Part shown: one piece after another, positions 1-11,965 of the stretch | Layout: each line of letters opens with the position of its first letter | How positions within the stretch are numbered: the stretch's first letter is position 1 | Source of the DNA: Octopus bimaculoides | Taxonomy: Eukaryota | Direction: 5' to 3' | Length of the DNA stretch: 42,162 nucleotides | Assembly: GCF_001194135.2 (NCBI RefSeq) | Contig: NC_068994.1 | Span: 9,652,470-9,694,631 of the forward strand | Program-made: the position numbers and the translations under genes | Notes under the pieces: model-generated | Told to the model about the DNA's origin: nothing | Seen by the model: only the letters and a program-made list of their open reading frames with translations | Database searches by the model: none

Positions 1-170
1 AGAAAGGGGGGAGTACGAGAGAAGAGAGTGAGAGAGAGTAAGAGAGAGGAGAGAAAGAGTAGGGGTGGTAGGAGGGAGGGTGGGGAGAGAGGCAGGAGGA
101 GAGAGGCAGGAGGAGAGGTTAGATGAAGAGAGAAGGGGAGTTGAGCCCATGTGGCGCAAAGGAGCGAAGA
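1..170. repeat. GA-rich polypurine low-complexity tract
   Basis: Almost entirely G/A (gagagag, ggaggg, aggag units) on the + strand. Confidence 0.9.
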
Positions 171-3100
171 GAGAATATATATATATAATTACTTATGTAA
201 ATTCATAAAGTGTTTGTGTGCGTGTTCGTAGGTGTGTTTGTGTGTGTGTACGTGTGCGTGTGTGTGTGTGTGTGCATATGTATGTAATATTTCTGCGTAC
301 ACGTTCGAGTAGATTTCTTTAGATAATTTGTAAGGTGATAAAAAGAAAATATTCTAAGGTAAAGTACTTATACATATAAGCCGATAATCTACGTAGGTGA
401 CATTCTGTTAGGCAGCATACATGCACTTTAAATGTTCGAATCGATAAATACTATGTTTTTCTCTTTGTTTTTGTTTTATTTATTTTTTGTTTGTTTCTGA
501 TGCGGTTTTTGGCAAGGTTTATGTAATTTTTCAGGAAGCAGCATACTGTTAGATGTTTATCTTAAGATGACAATATTGATGCATCTGTAAATACTTCCAT
601 ACTTCATCAAAGAGTTTTTGTAAAGGCAAGGCGTGTTTTTCATAACCCTGTTCTGTTAGTGGCCGTAGAAACAGGTTTCAACTCAGAGTAACTGAATGTT
701 TTTTTTTTTGTTTCCAGTCTTAAATTTACGTATCTATAATTATTTTATAATCAACAGAAGATCAGGATTACTCAGTTGAAATTTATATACGATTTATATT
801 CTCGAAGAAATCTCGAGATTAGTTTGAAAACTAAACTCGTGAGTATGTTGTTGATTTGTTTTGATTTGTATCAACACACAGTTTATTTATTTATTCTCCG
901 TTCGTTTCTACAAACTTCTACAAGTGATGTCAAGTTAGACAGAATGATGATTACCGGGTTATTAAATTCCCAAACTCAATCAACGTTCTGCACGTTGTAA
1001 AACGCGCGGAACAAAGCAGAAAACAACCGAGACTCTATATATTAAGCGAAGACTCATACCAGTATATACTACGAAATCCTTTCAAACCATGTCCGTTTAG
1101 GTTTAATAGGGTTATAAATAGAGGAATATTGTAGCTGGTATAAATAAAGAGAGCGTCAGCAATTTAATGAAAGAGACCGTAGACTAATTATCGGTCTCAA
1201 AATTGTTAATGTACTGGGGGACATCATGAGACTATCCCAGTATTATCGTAATCCACTGACTGACTCGTGTAAACGACAAAAGGTAGATGAAGACAGGTCA
1301 TACATTCTTTTGGATAAACATCGTTTACTAGGCTTATCAACCCAAGAAAATGATTGAAACTTAGTTGAAAGAAACTCTGCAGAAAGGCAACACATGAAGT
1401 ATACATATTTGAATGTTATTAGGACACAGCTGCTCTGTTTGACATATGTCCTGCCTCTTGGAGACATTAGAGAGTAGCTTGCTGTAAGAATGAGACTGAA
1501 GTCTACACGGCTGTAACATGAATCCGAAGTACTGATACTTGGCGTGTTTTCTCTACATCAGATTCGAAAATTCAATGGTTTATTATGGTTTTTACATTTC
1601 TTAAATCTTGGAAGGCCAAAAAGAAAGCGATTTTTGTGTTATCATTTATTATTTCAATGTATTATTTTTGCAATATTGTATTTACTATCTTCACACACCT
1701 TTTAAATACGCGTGTTAACATTGATTATTTCCAGCTACATACACACATTTCATAACAGCGTTCGGATATTTGTTTCTCTGAGATATCTACCTGCTGACGT
1801 TCATATCAATTCGAAAGAAATTTTCGAAGTGTGAATTTATATCGCTGAAGTTGCATGGTGTCCATGAAATCTTTCCGACGTTTATGACCTACGTGCACAT
1901 TCACATAGCATAATCAATCGTGCAATAATGTGCGTTATAGATATCACCCAATATGAACTCAGTTTTATTTCTACTGTGTTCATAAGGGCCATAATAACTA
2001 AATAATCTTGCTAGATCAAATACAATTACTATTATTTCATATATTGGTTTCGTGGTGTTGGAGATTAACAACTTGCAATAGGAACCTCTATCACTAAAAC
2101 TTTGTATTACGCCCAGTAAAACATTCTATATGATGGTTATACAACCGATGTTTGTATTACTCATGACAGGTGCATATAAACGTTTATGTCTCATACAATA
2201 AATTGCAACCGCGTCCTAGCAAAATCAAACCAAGTTATGTCTTAAACGCACAACGTCTTCGTAGAATCTGTCAACACTTCGTTGTCCAATCCGTTTAAAA
2301 TTTTCCTCAGTTCACTTTAAAATGCTGTATTAGAATTTTCTTTTGGAAATTTTTACTTGTATTGTTGCCCGCTTGAAAGCAAGTTTCCCAAATGCTTAAC
2401 TTTGATGGACGAAAATGTATGCAGATAGTTACTTTAACAGAGGAAAACAATTCTTAGTGTATAGATAGATGGATATAAGTTGCATTGTTTTATGGATTTC
2501 GTCTTTGAATCAAAACAAGACGTGGTCAGGTTAAGAGGCCACAAAGAATTATTGTCTTCTGTCAACTATTTCGTTTCAGTCCGTTTCTAATCCGACAAAA
2601 TCAATTGTCAATCATGATTATAGATTATTTCTAATATTCTACACTGTTTTAAAGAATTTTTCCACTTTATAAGTTCGGTGAGACGGAATAAATCCCTCAC
2701 AGATAATACCTTATTTCTCTTGTAAGATATTCTTCGCATCAGATTTGAAAAATATAATAACTGTCTACAGAAATTAAGGTGATTATTTCCAAGTTTTGTC
2801 GCAGATTATAATATAATTCAATGACGTATATTATCACTACAGGACTCATCAACTTTAATAAACAACAAATAGCTTATGCATTTTTAACTGTTCTATCCAG
2901 TACATCGAGAATATTCACCATCTTCCCCTTCTTTCTCCGCTAGATTTTTGTGTTTATTATAACAATTTCTCCATGTAATTATATTCGAACTGTTATGAAA
3001 AGCTGAAAAAATTCTGCTGTCGGAGCCAAAACTCGTTCTTAATTTTCCGACTGCTGCAGCATTCGCAAATAGATGAAATGATGTAAAATATACCAACTAA

Positions 3101-3977
3101 ACCAGTGACCACATCTCTTAAGTATAGTCGTTATACAATATTCCTTACAAATGCCAAGTCTTGTGCACTATGAGGAACATCACGAGAACCATACGGAATG
3201 CTGAAAGCTGACAGCAGACGCTGCATTTGGAAAATCTATTGGGAAATCGGCCATACTTTCAGGCGTTTACGATTGGGTAATTGGTATACATTTCAATTTC
3301 CTACCGACAGTAATACATAAAATAATCCAAACTATGAGCTGGGCTCAAACCGATCGTTTTTACTAAAAGATTTAAAACATTTTGAAACACAGTCACCACA
3401 AGTAATCTGCTTGGAAACGTATAATGCGTTCAATTCCAAAAACAGCAAATATTAACGCAGTTCTAGCACTCTGGTATTGATAAAGTCTATTTCATCTAAT
3501 TCAACTAGATAAATTATTGTTTATGTATGTCTGTTCTTGCGGGTACAGTGTAATATTGATCCAAAAATATCAGATGCACTATATAATTTATTCTTAAAAT
3601 GACAACTGAGAACGGTAAATGTCAGGGTTACTTTAAATGTATAGCTTAGTAATTAGAGATTTCACCAAGTAAGAAATTTATCGAAATTAAGGTGATAATT
3701 TCTAAGCTTTGCGGCAGTAGTACAAGATATTTTAACTTTACATCATTTATTGAGAAGAATAATGTCTTTACGTTTGTGAAACAACAAAAAGAATTTCTAA
3801 ACTCTCAAAACATAAATATCTTTGAGTTTGACAATTAAACGACGTTAGTAAAAGATTACTATAAGATAACGAAAGCGTAGTTTTAGATGCTGTCAATTTT
3901 ATGGAGTAAGAGCGTTAGTTTGTGACACCCGTTTGTTCGTGTTTGTCCGGTTTAAGTCGGGCTAGTGTATTTCTGTT

Positions 3978-4203
3978 CAGTCACATAAGCCTTTTCGATT
4001 CGGCTGTCAGATTTGAAGTGTAACAGAAATATTGTTTGTCGAAATATTCGCTTCTCCAGAACAGTTTTCATTGTTTAGGTAGTCACCTAAGCTGATTATA
4101 TATGGCTTCATACACGTCGTTTCCATAATATTACTGGCGAATGCATCACACAAAACAAACGGATTGTACCGCAATGAAGAAGTTGGACATCAGCTTAGTG
4201 AAG
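3978..4203 (+). other. Candidate first exon of an unidentified host gene (speculative)
   Basis: CpG-containing block at ~3930-4010 with an Inr-like TCAGTC at ~3978. In-frame ATGs at 4141 and 4174 (MHHTKQTDCTAMKKLDISLVK) run to a consensus-like donor AAG|GTATGT at 4203/4204. No homology recognised. Confidence 0.2.
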
Positions 4204-4384
4204 GTATGTTTTTCACGATAAGTGTGTTGATTGATTACACAAATATATGCACAAATTAATACGAAATTGCGTAACTATTAAGATCCCAATACAGTTTCGA
4301 AATCCAAATATTACAGCATATGCGAGAAGCTTATCTCGAACTTCAAGTAATGATATTTCTGCACCACAGTGTAGGGCGTGCATA

Positions 4385-4763
4385 CAACGGAGTGCTGAAA
4401 TGTTCCTGGTTTTGAGAGTATTGCGAAAAGCTTGGCTGGAGGCCCAACACTCTGAGTTCTTTAACAGGGCTTAGGAAAATTGATTGACTATAAGTGTATG
4501 AATTTTAATGGGGAATGTGTTATGTCTCAAGCTACGGCTATCTAGCACCTTCCGATGATCTCTACTCAACTGCTACTCGACGGCTACTCGACGGCTACTC
4601 AACTCCTCTACCACGGCTAGACTACCTCTATTTATATATCTTGGCCGATCCTACTTCTTCGCTTGGGGGCGTCGACACAACAATATGTTGAATGAAATCA
4701 TAATTAACTGAACTTCCTTTATTTTCTTTTAACCAAAGTTGGGAACTTCTCAGCACCCCCTCG
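4385..4763 (+). mobile_element. Mariner-derived non-autonomous element (MITE-like deletion derivative), interrupted by a solo LTR
   Basis: Imperfect TIRs: TA|caacggagtgctgaaatgttcc at the left and ggaacttctcagcaccccctcg ending at 4763. Internally a mariner transposase C-terminal stub (KAWLEAQHSEFF..., ending ...EYVE* once the LTR is removed). A second copy lies at 9173-9359. Confidence 0.8.
4518..4682 (-). mobile_element. Solo LTR of a Ty3/Gypsy family (same family as 33638-33789)
   Basis: Starts TGTTATGTCTCAA and ends ACAACA. Shares the blocks gctatctagcaccttc, actgctactcgac, agactacctctatttatat and ttcttcgc.tgggggcg with the PPT-linked LTR at 33638-33789. Confidence 0.8.
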
Positions 4764-5614
4764 AATATGCCAAGTTTGTGTATATAAAAGTGAATCTGCC
4801 GGGGTACAAAATTGCTGATATTTAAACATGCATTTAATAATCGATTGAAAAAACTAAATAAATCTGCCTTAGAACTTAAGTGTAAAGATTGTGCGTACAT
4901 ATATGAAATAACGATCCAGTTAGTTTTAGATGTGCATTGAGCTGTAAAGTCAAGAATTATGTGCTCAATGCAGCATGAATGATTTGCTGAAATGCAGATA
5001 TTTTAGCTTAATGCCTATACTAAAAAATGCCTTGTGTATTACATAGACGAGCCTTACAACCAAAGGCGTAACTGTTTGTCTGTATGTCAGATACAAGTGG
5101 GCTGATTTTTTTTCTTTGTTATCATATACTTTACAACAGATCCAGTGAGATGGTTCATATATTTCAGTATGCATGCCTAACTATATCGGATACAAGTGAA
5201 TCTATAAAAATGTAAAAATACAAATGCATCGTAATCGTTAGCTATGAGATCGTATGACAATAATATTATTTGCTTTCATTTTCTTTTTCTAACAAACCGA
5301 AAAGAAATTTTTTTGTTCAGCAGGAGCTTGATTTTGTTATGCACCACATTAGCAATGTAAGTGATACATACAGAATTCAATTCGAGTTTGAAAATACATA
5401 CGTTTAGCCCTTGAAAGCAATATAATAGCTAAACCTTGGGAAAGAGTTACTTGATAGAGTTAGAGGTCGAGTGAAAATGTTTTACTTCTAAGTTTACAAC
5501 GTTTACGTTGTATAGCGTTATGTTTCATGGAAATCCAAGGAGATACATATGTTTAGCGCGTCTAATGCTATTAGGGAACTGCAAAATTATGCGACCAAAA
5601 GAAATAGTAAAGTA

Positions 5615-5855
5615 CGAGGGTGAGTCAAAAAGTAAGGACATTTGGTTTAGGACAGTTATAATTACCAACACAGGAACATGTTTCATGAAACTGGTCCTCT
5701 GTGGATTACTTCCCTACTTCTCAACATAGTGACCATTTCTCTCAATGGCAATGTTACACCTTCGAATGACAAGATGGATCCCTGTTCCGTAAAAATCTGT
5801 TGACTATACTTTGAGCCACTTCTTCACAACAGTTTTCACTTCGTTGTCACTGGAA
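5615..5855 (-). mobile_element. Mariner transposon 3' end (TIR plus transposase C-terminus), truncated
   Basis: TA followed by the TIR-like cgagggtgagtcaaaaagtaa at 5615. The minus strand translates SSDNEVKTVVKKWLKV*STDFYGTGIHLVIRRCNIAIERNGHYVEK*, matching the typical mariner C-terminus (..GDYVEK*). Confidence 0.8.
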
Positions 5856-5861
5856 TAATTT

Positions 5862-5995
5862 AGCGCCTTTCATCCTTTCGGGGTCGATAAATTAAGTACC
5901 ATTTAAGAAATTGGGTCAATGTAATCGACTTAAATCCTTTCCCAAAATTTCAGGCCTTGTGCCTATAGTAGAAAATATTATTATCATTATTATTA
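5862..5995 (+). mobile_element. SINE 3' fragment (family B core, tail type 2)
   Basis: gcctttcatcctttcggggtcgataaattaagtacc...gggtcaatgtaatcgactta matches the reverse complement of 16654-16886. Ends in an (ATT)-type tail. Confidence 0.7.
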
Positions 5996-6849
5996 TGAAA
6001 AGACTTGATAATTTTAGTAGTGATAATTTTCTTTCCGGCCATTTTACCATTTTTTGTTATGGTTTCTGTAGAAAAATACCAATCTGAGCAACATCACAGT
6101 TCCTTTATTAATTTAATATGCCATGAGTACGTCGCTCTTGTAATATCATCTGGGAAACGTTTTCGCAACTAAACCATCTACGAATGTCTATAAAAATAAC
6201 ATACCCACTTAAAGTGGTCTGTTCTACTAAATTTGTAACATTCTATTCCCTCGATTGGATTCCAATCAATAATTACAAAAGACAGCGTAATTACGATTAA
6301 TAATAAATACCGAGTCTTAATTGTTTCTATGCGTAAGTGCGTGTATGTGTCTTTCTTGATACGACGGCTGTTTGCGTATGTCTTGTCTGTGTGTCTATAT
6401 ATTTGTATATGTATGTGTGTGTGATTTTGTGTGTATGTGTGTGTGTGTGTGTGTGTGTCACTCTAGACCTCACCTGCTGCAAACTATTCTCGAATCAAGA
6501 TGTCATTACATTATATTGTTGCACTATATTTTTTTTAATCAATATCTCTGTCTTACTGCAAATTTGAATAGTGGTTAGTTTAACATTGTTTCCTTCCAAT
6601 ACACATACACGCACGCACAAGCACAGGCAAACACACAAAGACACATATTAACTTCAGCGAATAATATTATTGATAGTGACTTCGAAGTTTCAGCCAGTTA
6701 ATCTAACATCGGGCTCCGATGCTTTATATAGTCTCTTTTAAGCTAAAATCTTCCTCGTATTTGTAGGTTTCAGTCCAGTGGTAATTAAGTTTAATGGAGA
6801 TGTGTTTTGCAGAAATTCTTTATTTATTAAATTAGGAGTTAGGTTACGT

Positions 6850-7125
6850 TTTCTTCTATTCTTTTAATAGTTTCAGTCATCTGACTACGGGCCATGCTGG
6901 AGCGCCGCCTTCATGGGTCTTTTACTCGAACGAATTGACCAGTGGTCTTATGCTTTGTAAGCTTAGCACATATTTTTATCGGTCACTTGCATAACTGCTA
7001 ATAAGTCACGCGGACATAAACTCATCAACATCGGTTCTCAAGCGATTGTGAGTGCGGACACAGACACAAAGATACACACATAAATATACATACACACACA
7101 CACAAACACACACACACACACATAC
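6850..7125 (-). mobile_element. SINE family A, 3' half, adjoining a (CA)n microsatellite
   Basis: tttcagtcatctgactacgggccatgctggagcgccgcct...tttatcggtcac...ctaataagtcacgcggacataaac is homologous to 37582-37790 (same strand) and 39590-39710 (opposite strand). Confidence 0.75.
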
Positions 7126-7728
7126 ACAATATAAGATTATTCAGTGCCATATTAACTGCATGCATCATCTCTTAAAAAATCTGAAGAGCTAAATATATTT
7201 GGACGTGTAGTAAGCGAAAAATCTCCATCGAGATTTCAAAATCTCCAGTTCTTCAACTCGCATGGAATGTTTACGACTACAAAATATTAATAACATAATT
7301 GTTAAATAAAAATAGTGACAATATCAATATTTAGGAAATATCAGCTAATTGATTATAAAGTTTTAATCTGCCAATAAGAAATTGATCCATGACATTATCC
7401 CCAAAATCGTTTGTTCCCAATGATAAAACGTGGCAACATATGTCACTAAAATGTTTGTATTCGAAAGATGAAGGTGAAAAGGCCTCTAAAAGTAAATGGG
7501 TTTAGAAACATAATTCTCCTTAAACAAACAAAATGGTCTAATGCGGTAAAATGAAAAGCTTTAATAAAACAAATTACATTGGAACACATCGATATATGAG
7601 CACATGTACGCGCATTATATATACAAACATACATACATACATATATATAGGTAGATAGATAAATAGATATATAGATACATAGATATGTGTATGTATATAT
7701 ATACATATATATATTATGTATATATCTG

Positions 7729-7767
<39 letters not shown>

Positions 7768-8052
7768 TCATGAATCCACTGAGTGTTCGGAGTAAGCATG
7801 ATTTGGGAGATAAATATAAATTGGAAAATATAAGCATCGTTGAAAGCCTTCATTAGCAATTATTGTTCTTTGATGGATCCAAGCAAAATAATAGATTCAC
7901 ATTTAATTCCTCTGTGCATTTACGATCAGCGAAGGAAGGTAGATTTTTCACTCTTTAGTATTTCTCTGTCTCTCACTATCTCTGTATGCGACTCTCTCTT
8001 TCTCTCTCTCCCTCTCTCTTTTGTTGTGTGAATTTCACATTCCTGCATTTTC

Positions 8053-8091
<39 letters not shown>

Positions 8092-8566
8092 GTATATGTT
8101 TATGTATATGTATGAATGCATGTATGTGTCTGTGTGCTTTTGCATGTGTGCAGGAGTATTAGACAAGGAGTCCGAGCATTTCATGAAGAGAAGACTTTTC
8201 ATGCGTATTTCGTTTATATCATACTTTTGATCTTAATGTTCCTATCCTTTGATTCACTCAATGAACTTGTTTCAGAGAAACATGTAATTTATTATATCAA
8301 GGGTAACAGTTTGACATTGGTAGAAATAGCTATCGAATCTCATTCAAATCCCAATTGCATTAGTAAAAGAAAAGGTGTAGTACTGGAAAATGAATTCTGA
8401 ATATGTCGGCTGCAAAGAAGCGAAGATGCAATGTTCCTGGCGGGACACATTTAGCCGGATTTCTGCTCGATCAAGGATGACAAGCTGACTAAACCACATA
8501 CATTACAGTAAGGATAGATATATAGATAGTTTGAGATGTAGACATACATATATGTGAGCGTGTGTG

Positions 8567-8623
<57 letters not shown>

Positions 8624-9172
8624 GTACATCCATATATAATGCACACACACATAAACACACGTACACACACATATGTATCTTTTCAATACTTCTCGATGTG
8701 GATCGACACTCAGTTGATACGGTCATAAGGAAACGTAAATTATATTAAATATCAATTGAATTAAGAGCACAAATAGGAATCATTTCCATTTTAGTTGCTG
8801 AATTGGGAGATAATTAGATTTTCTGTGATTCTCAATGATTATTCAATCAATCTCTTCATTAATAAGCAATACATAACGTGTTGGTATATGCCGAGGTTAA
8901 GAATATTAAATTGCGGAAGTGGTAAGTTATTTCACTAATCATAAAACTATTACTGATATAATTAAGATATATTAGCTGAACATTATGTCTTGGTTTATGG
9001 TTCATTTAAGTAATACGGCAGAGTAAATGAGTTATGGTGTTGTTGATGATTCAATTACGTTAAACGACGAAACAGTGGTAAAATGCGCCTGATCGATTCT
9101 TGTTACCAGTCCTGCAATTGGTACCCGTCCATTGATACGTTGCTAAAATCTAATCTATGTATTTCGTTATCA

Positions 9173-9359
9173 TCTGGGAGTGTGCTGAAAACTTTCCGCC
9201 TTGAAGGTTATAGTGAAACGGTTGGTTGAATGTCCCGCCTTCTGAGTTCTTTTACAGATATTAGAAAACTGAATAACCGCTAAAATAAGTTGGTGAATCT
9301 GAGAGGGAAATATTTATTTCGTTTTCCCCAAGATCAAGGAATATTTCAGCAACCTCTCG
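9173..9359 (+). mobile_element. Mariner-derived MITE, second copy (internally deleted)
   Basis: gtgctgaaaactttcc...cttctgagttcttttacaga.attagaaaactga...gtgaatctgagagggaaatat...ggaatatttcagcaacctctcg|TA aligns with 4385-4763. Confidence 0.75.
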
Positions 9360-9439
9360 TACACAAATATTATACCCACGGCAGAGCAAAAGTCATAGTA
9401 TATTTTTATGAACTGACATTTGTTATTCAAATACCACAG

Positions 9440-9840
9440 ATTATTGGAGGACTTGTCCTCTAATCACAATTACGGTTCAACACAGTTTTGATCACAGGCG
9501 ATGGATATCCTCTGATTTTGAAAGCTATTCTCTAGTCCTCTCAAAAATTTCAGTTTGGCCCTGTTGTGTCTATTTCTTCATTTCAGCTTTCACGTCGTCC
9601 ACCAGATGCTTGTTCCCGAAGTATGTTTTTCCTTTGATCGCAAAGGTGGATGTCAAAGGACTACATATACGGCCAATACTGCTAATAGGTACTACTGACA
9701 AACCAATCAACCGATGGGATGACTTGTTGCCAAAGTTGGATGTGGTTGCATTTTTGGCAGAAAAATGCATGTCGTGTCCGAAATGTTTATTCTTTCTTCC
9801 ACAGAGGGGCTTTCGTAAGCTATATTCAGTGTCCCACTGT
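9440..9840 (-). pseudogene. Degenerate mariner transposase C-terminal region, running into an assembly gap
   Basis: Frameshifted minus-strand peptides SFDIHLCDQRKNILR, DDVKAEMKK*TQQGQTEIFER, IHRL and KTVLNRNCD* resemble mariner PSDFHLF..LRG..DDEVK..W....FF..GIHRL..W.KCLN..GDY. Confidence 0.5.
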
Positions 9841-10742
9841 NNNNNNNNNNNNNNNNNNNNNNNNNNNNNNNNNNNNNNNNNNNNNNNNNNNNNNNNNNNN
9901 NNNNNNNNNNNNNNNNNNNNNNNNNNNNNNNNNNNNNNNNNNNNNNNNNNNNNNNNNNNNNNNNNNNNNNNNNNNNNNNNNNNNNNNNNNNNNNNNNNNN
10001 NNNNNNNNNNNNNNNNNNNNNNNNNNNNNNNNNNNNNNNNNNNNNNNNNNNNNNNNNNNNNNNNNNNNNNNNNNNNNNNNNNNNNNNNNNNNNNNNNNNN
10101 NNNNNNNNNNNNNNNNNNNNNNNNNNNNNNNNNNNNNNNNNNNNNNNNNNNNNNNNNNNNNNNNNNNNNNNNNNNNNNNNNNNNNNNNNNNNNNNNNNNN
10201 NNNNNNNNNNNNNNNNNNNNNNNNNNNNNNNNNNNNNNNNNNNNNNNNNNNNNNNNNNNNNNNNNNNNNNNNNNNNNNNNNNNNNNNNNNNNNNNNNNNN
10301 NNNNNNNNNNNNNNNNNNNNNNNNNNNNNNNNNNNNNNNNNNNNNNNNNNNNNNNNNNNNNNNNNNNNNNNNNNNNNNNNNNNNNNNNNNNNNNNNNNNN
10401 NNNNNNNNNNNNNNNNNNNNNNNNNNNNNNNNNNNNNNNNNNNNNNNNNNNNNNNNNNNNNNNNNNNNNNNNNNNNNNTAGATAATCAGAGTATTATGTA
10501 GAATAACCTTGTAACGAAAGTTTCCTTAAAGAGGTGTATTCCTTAGGGAAATGGACCGTTTATTTATAACAAATTATCAATCCAGCAAATAATATTTTAT
10601 TTGCCCTTCCAAATAGCTCACGCTTTTATCGGATCGGTCCGACGGGAGCGAAGCTTCAGTTGCCGGTCGCAATCTGAACTATAAAACGGTCGATATTCTG
10701 GTGTGGTTTTATATGTACTTTAATTTGCATCAATTCTCGGAG

Positions 10743-10744
<2 letters not shown>

Positions 10745-10774
<30 letters not shown>

Positions 10775-10894
10775 AAGAAGAAGAAGAAGAAGAAGGAAAA
10801 GAAGGAGAAGGAGAAGAAGGAGGAGGAGAAGAAGGAGAAGGAAAAGTAGGAGAAGGAAAAGAAGGAGAAGGAGAAGGAAAAGAAGGAGAAGGAG
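10745..10894. repeat. (GAA)n grading into (GGAGAA)-type polypurine repeat
   Basis: Direct inspection. Confidence 0.95.
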
Positions 10895-11033
10895 AATATT
10901 ACTGGCAATATTTTGTAGTTTCTTGCAGGAGTTAACCTAATATCGTTCTTTTCGTATTGTTGCATTGTTATATTACTGTTTTTAATTTGTTTTCACTAAT
11001 TTTCTTCCGTATTTATATTCACACACTCTTATA

Positions 11034-11038
11034 CACAC

Positions 11039-11081
<43 letters not shown>

Positions 11082-11201
11082 GGCATACACGTACGTATAC
11101 ATGTATAGGTATATATATATATATGCACATACGTCGAACTAGTCATATATATATATATATTTGTTTATATGTATATATATATATATATATANNNNNNNNN
11201 N

Positions 11202-11281
<80 letters not shown>

Positions 11282-11290
11282 TGTGTGTGT
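11034..11290. repeat. Compound microsatellite (CA)n-(TA)n-(GT)n
   Basis: CA run ~11034-11080, TA runs ~11110-11235 (10-nt gap inside), GT run ~11236-11290. Confidence 0.95.
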
Positions 11291-11572
11291 ATACACAGAC
11301 TCACCCTCAATTTCTATATTGATACATGAATATGTATATGTATACTTACATATATAAATATCAAGGCATATACATTAAGGATTTTTGTGTGTGTATGTGT
11401 GTATGTGTGTGTGTGTATATTTAGGTAGATGAAAATAACGCAAGAATGTCATTGAAATTATAAATTTCCTCAGTGAGATTTTGAAATGCAATTTAACTTT
11501 TTTAATTTGATAATAAAACGCATCTTAATGAATAATGGAATAGCCAAATGATTTTGAAGCGAGAACATTAAC

Positions 11573-11615
<43 letters not shown>

Positions 11616-11965
11616 GTGGTGGTGATGATGATGATGATGATAATAATAATGATTATGATGACGACGACGAAGAAGACGATGATGATAATGATGATGATGA
11701 CAAAGAGGACGACGATGACGATGATGATTATGATGATAATAATAATATCTATAATGATAATAATAATGATGATAACAGTAATAATTATTATTATCATAAA
11801 CATTATTATTAATATTAGTATCATTATTATTATTTATTGCTATTATTATTACTTTTATCATTATTATTACTATTATTATTATTATTTTATTTGGTCATTA
11901 TTATTATTATTATTAGTATCATTATTATTATTATTTTGTTATTATTATTAATATTATTATTATTG
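11573..11965. repeat. Compound trinucleotide tract (GAT)n/(AAT)n switching to (ATT)n/(CAT)n
   Basis: Direct inspection; source of the poly-M/poly-I ORFs. Confidence 0.95.

Noticed and set aside
758-838. Possible 81-nt phase-0 exon (caacAG|...|GTGAGT; KIRITQLKFIYDLYSRRNLEISLKTKL)
   Set aside because: No recognisable homology and competing acceptors at 534 and 717; cannot be supported without transcript data.
1173-1198. GAGACCG...CGGTCTC hairpin (inverted BsaI sites, cloning-cassette look)
   Set aside because: Only a 7-bp stem; the same words occur in SINE family A and there is no vector context.
1224-1406. Minus-strand FLGLISLVND resembling Gypsy RT/RNase H linker (FLGL.NYY)
   Set aside because: Match limited to four or five residues with no supporting neighbouring motifs.
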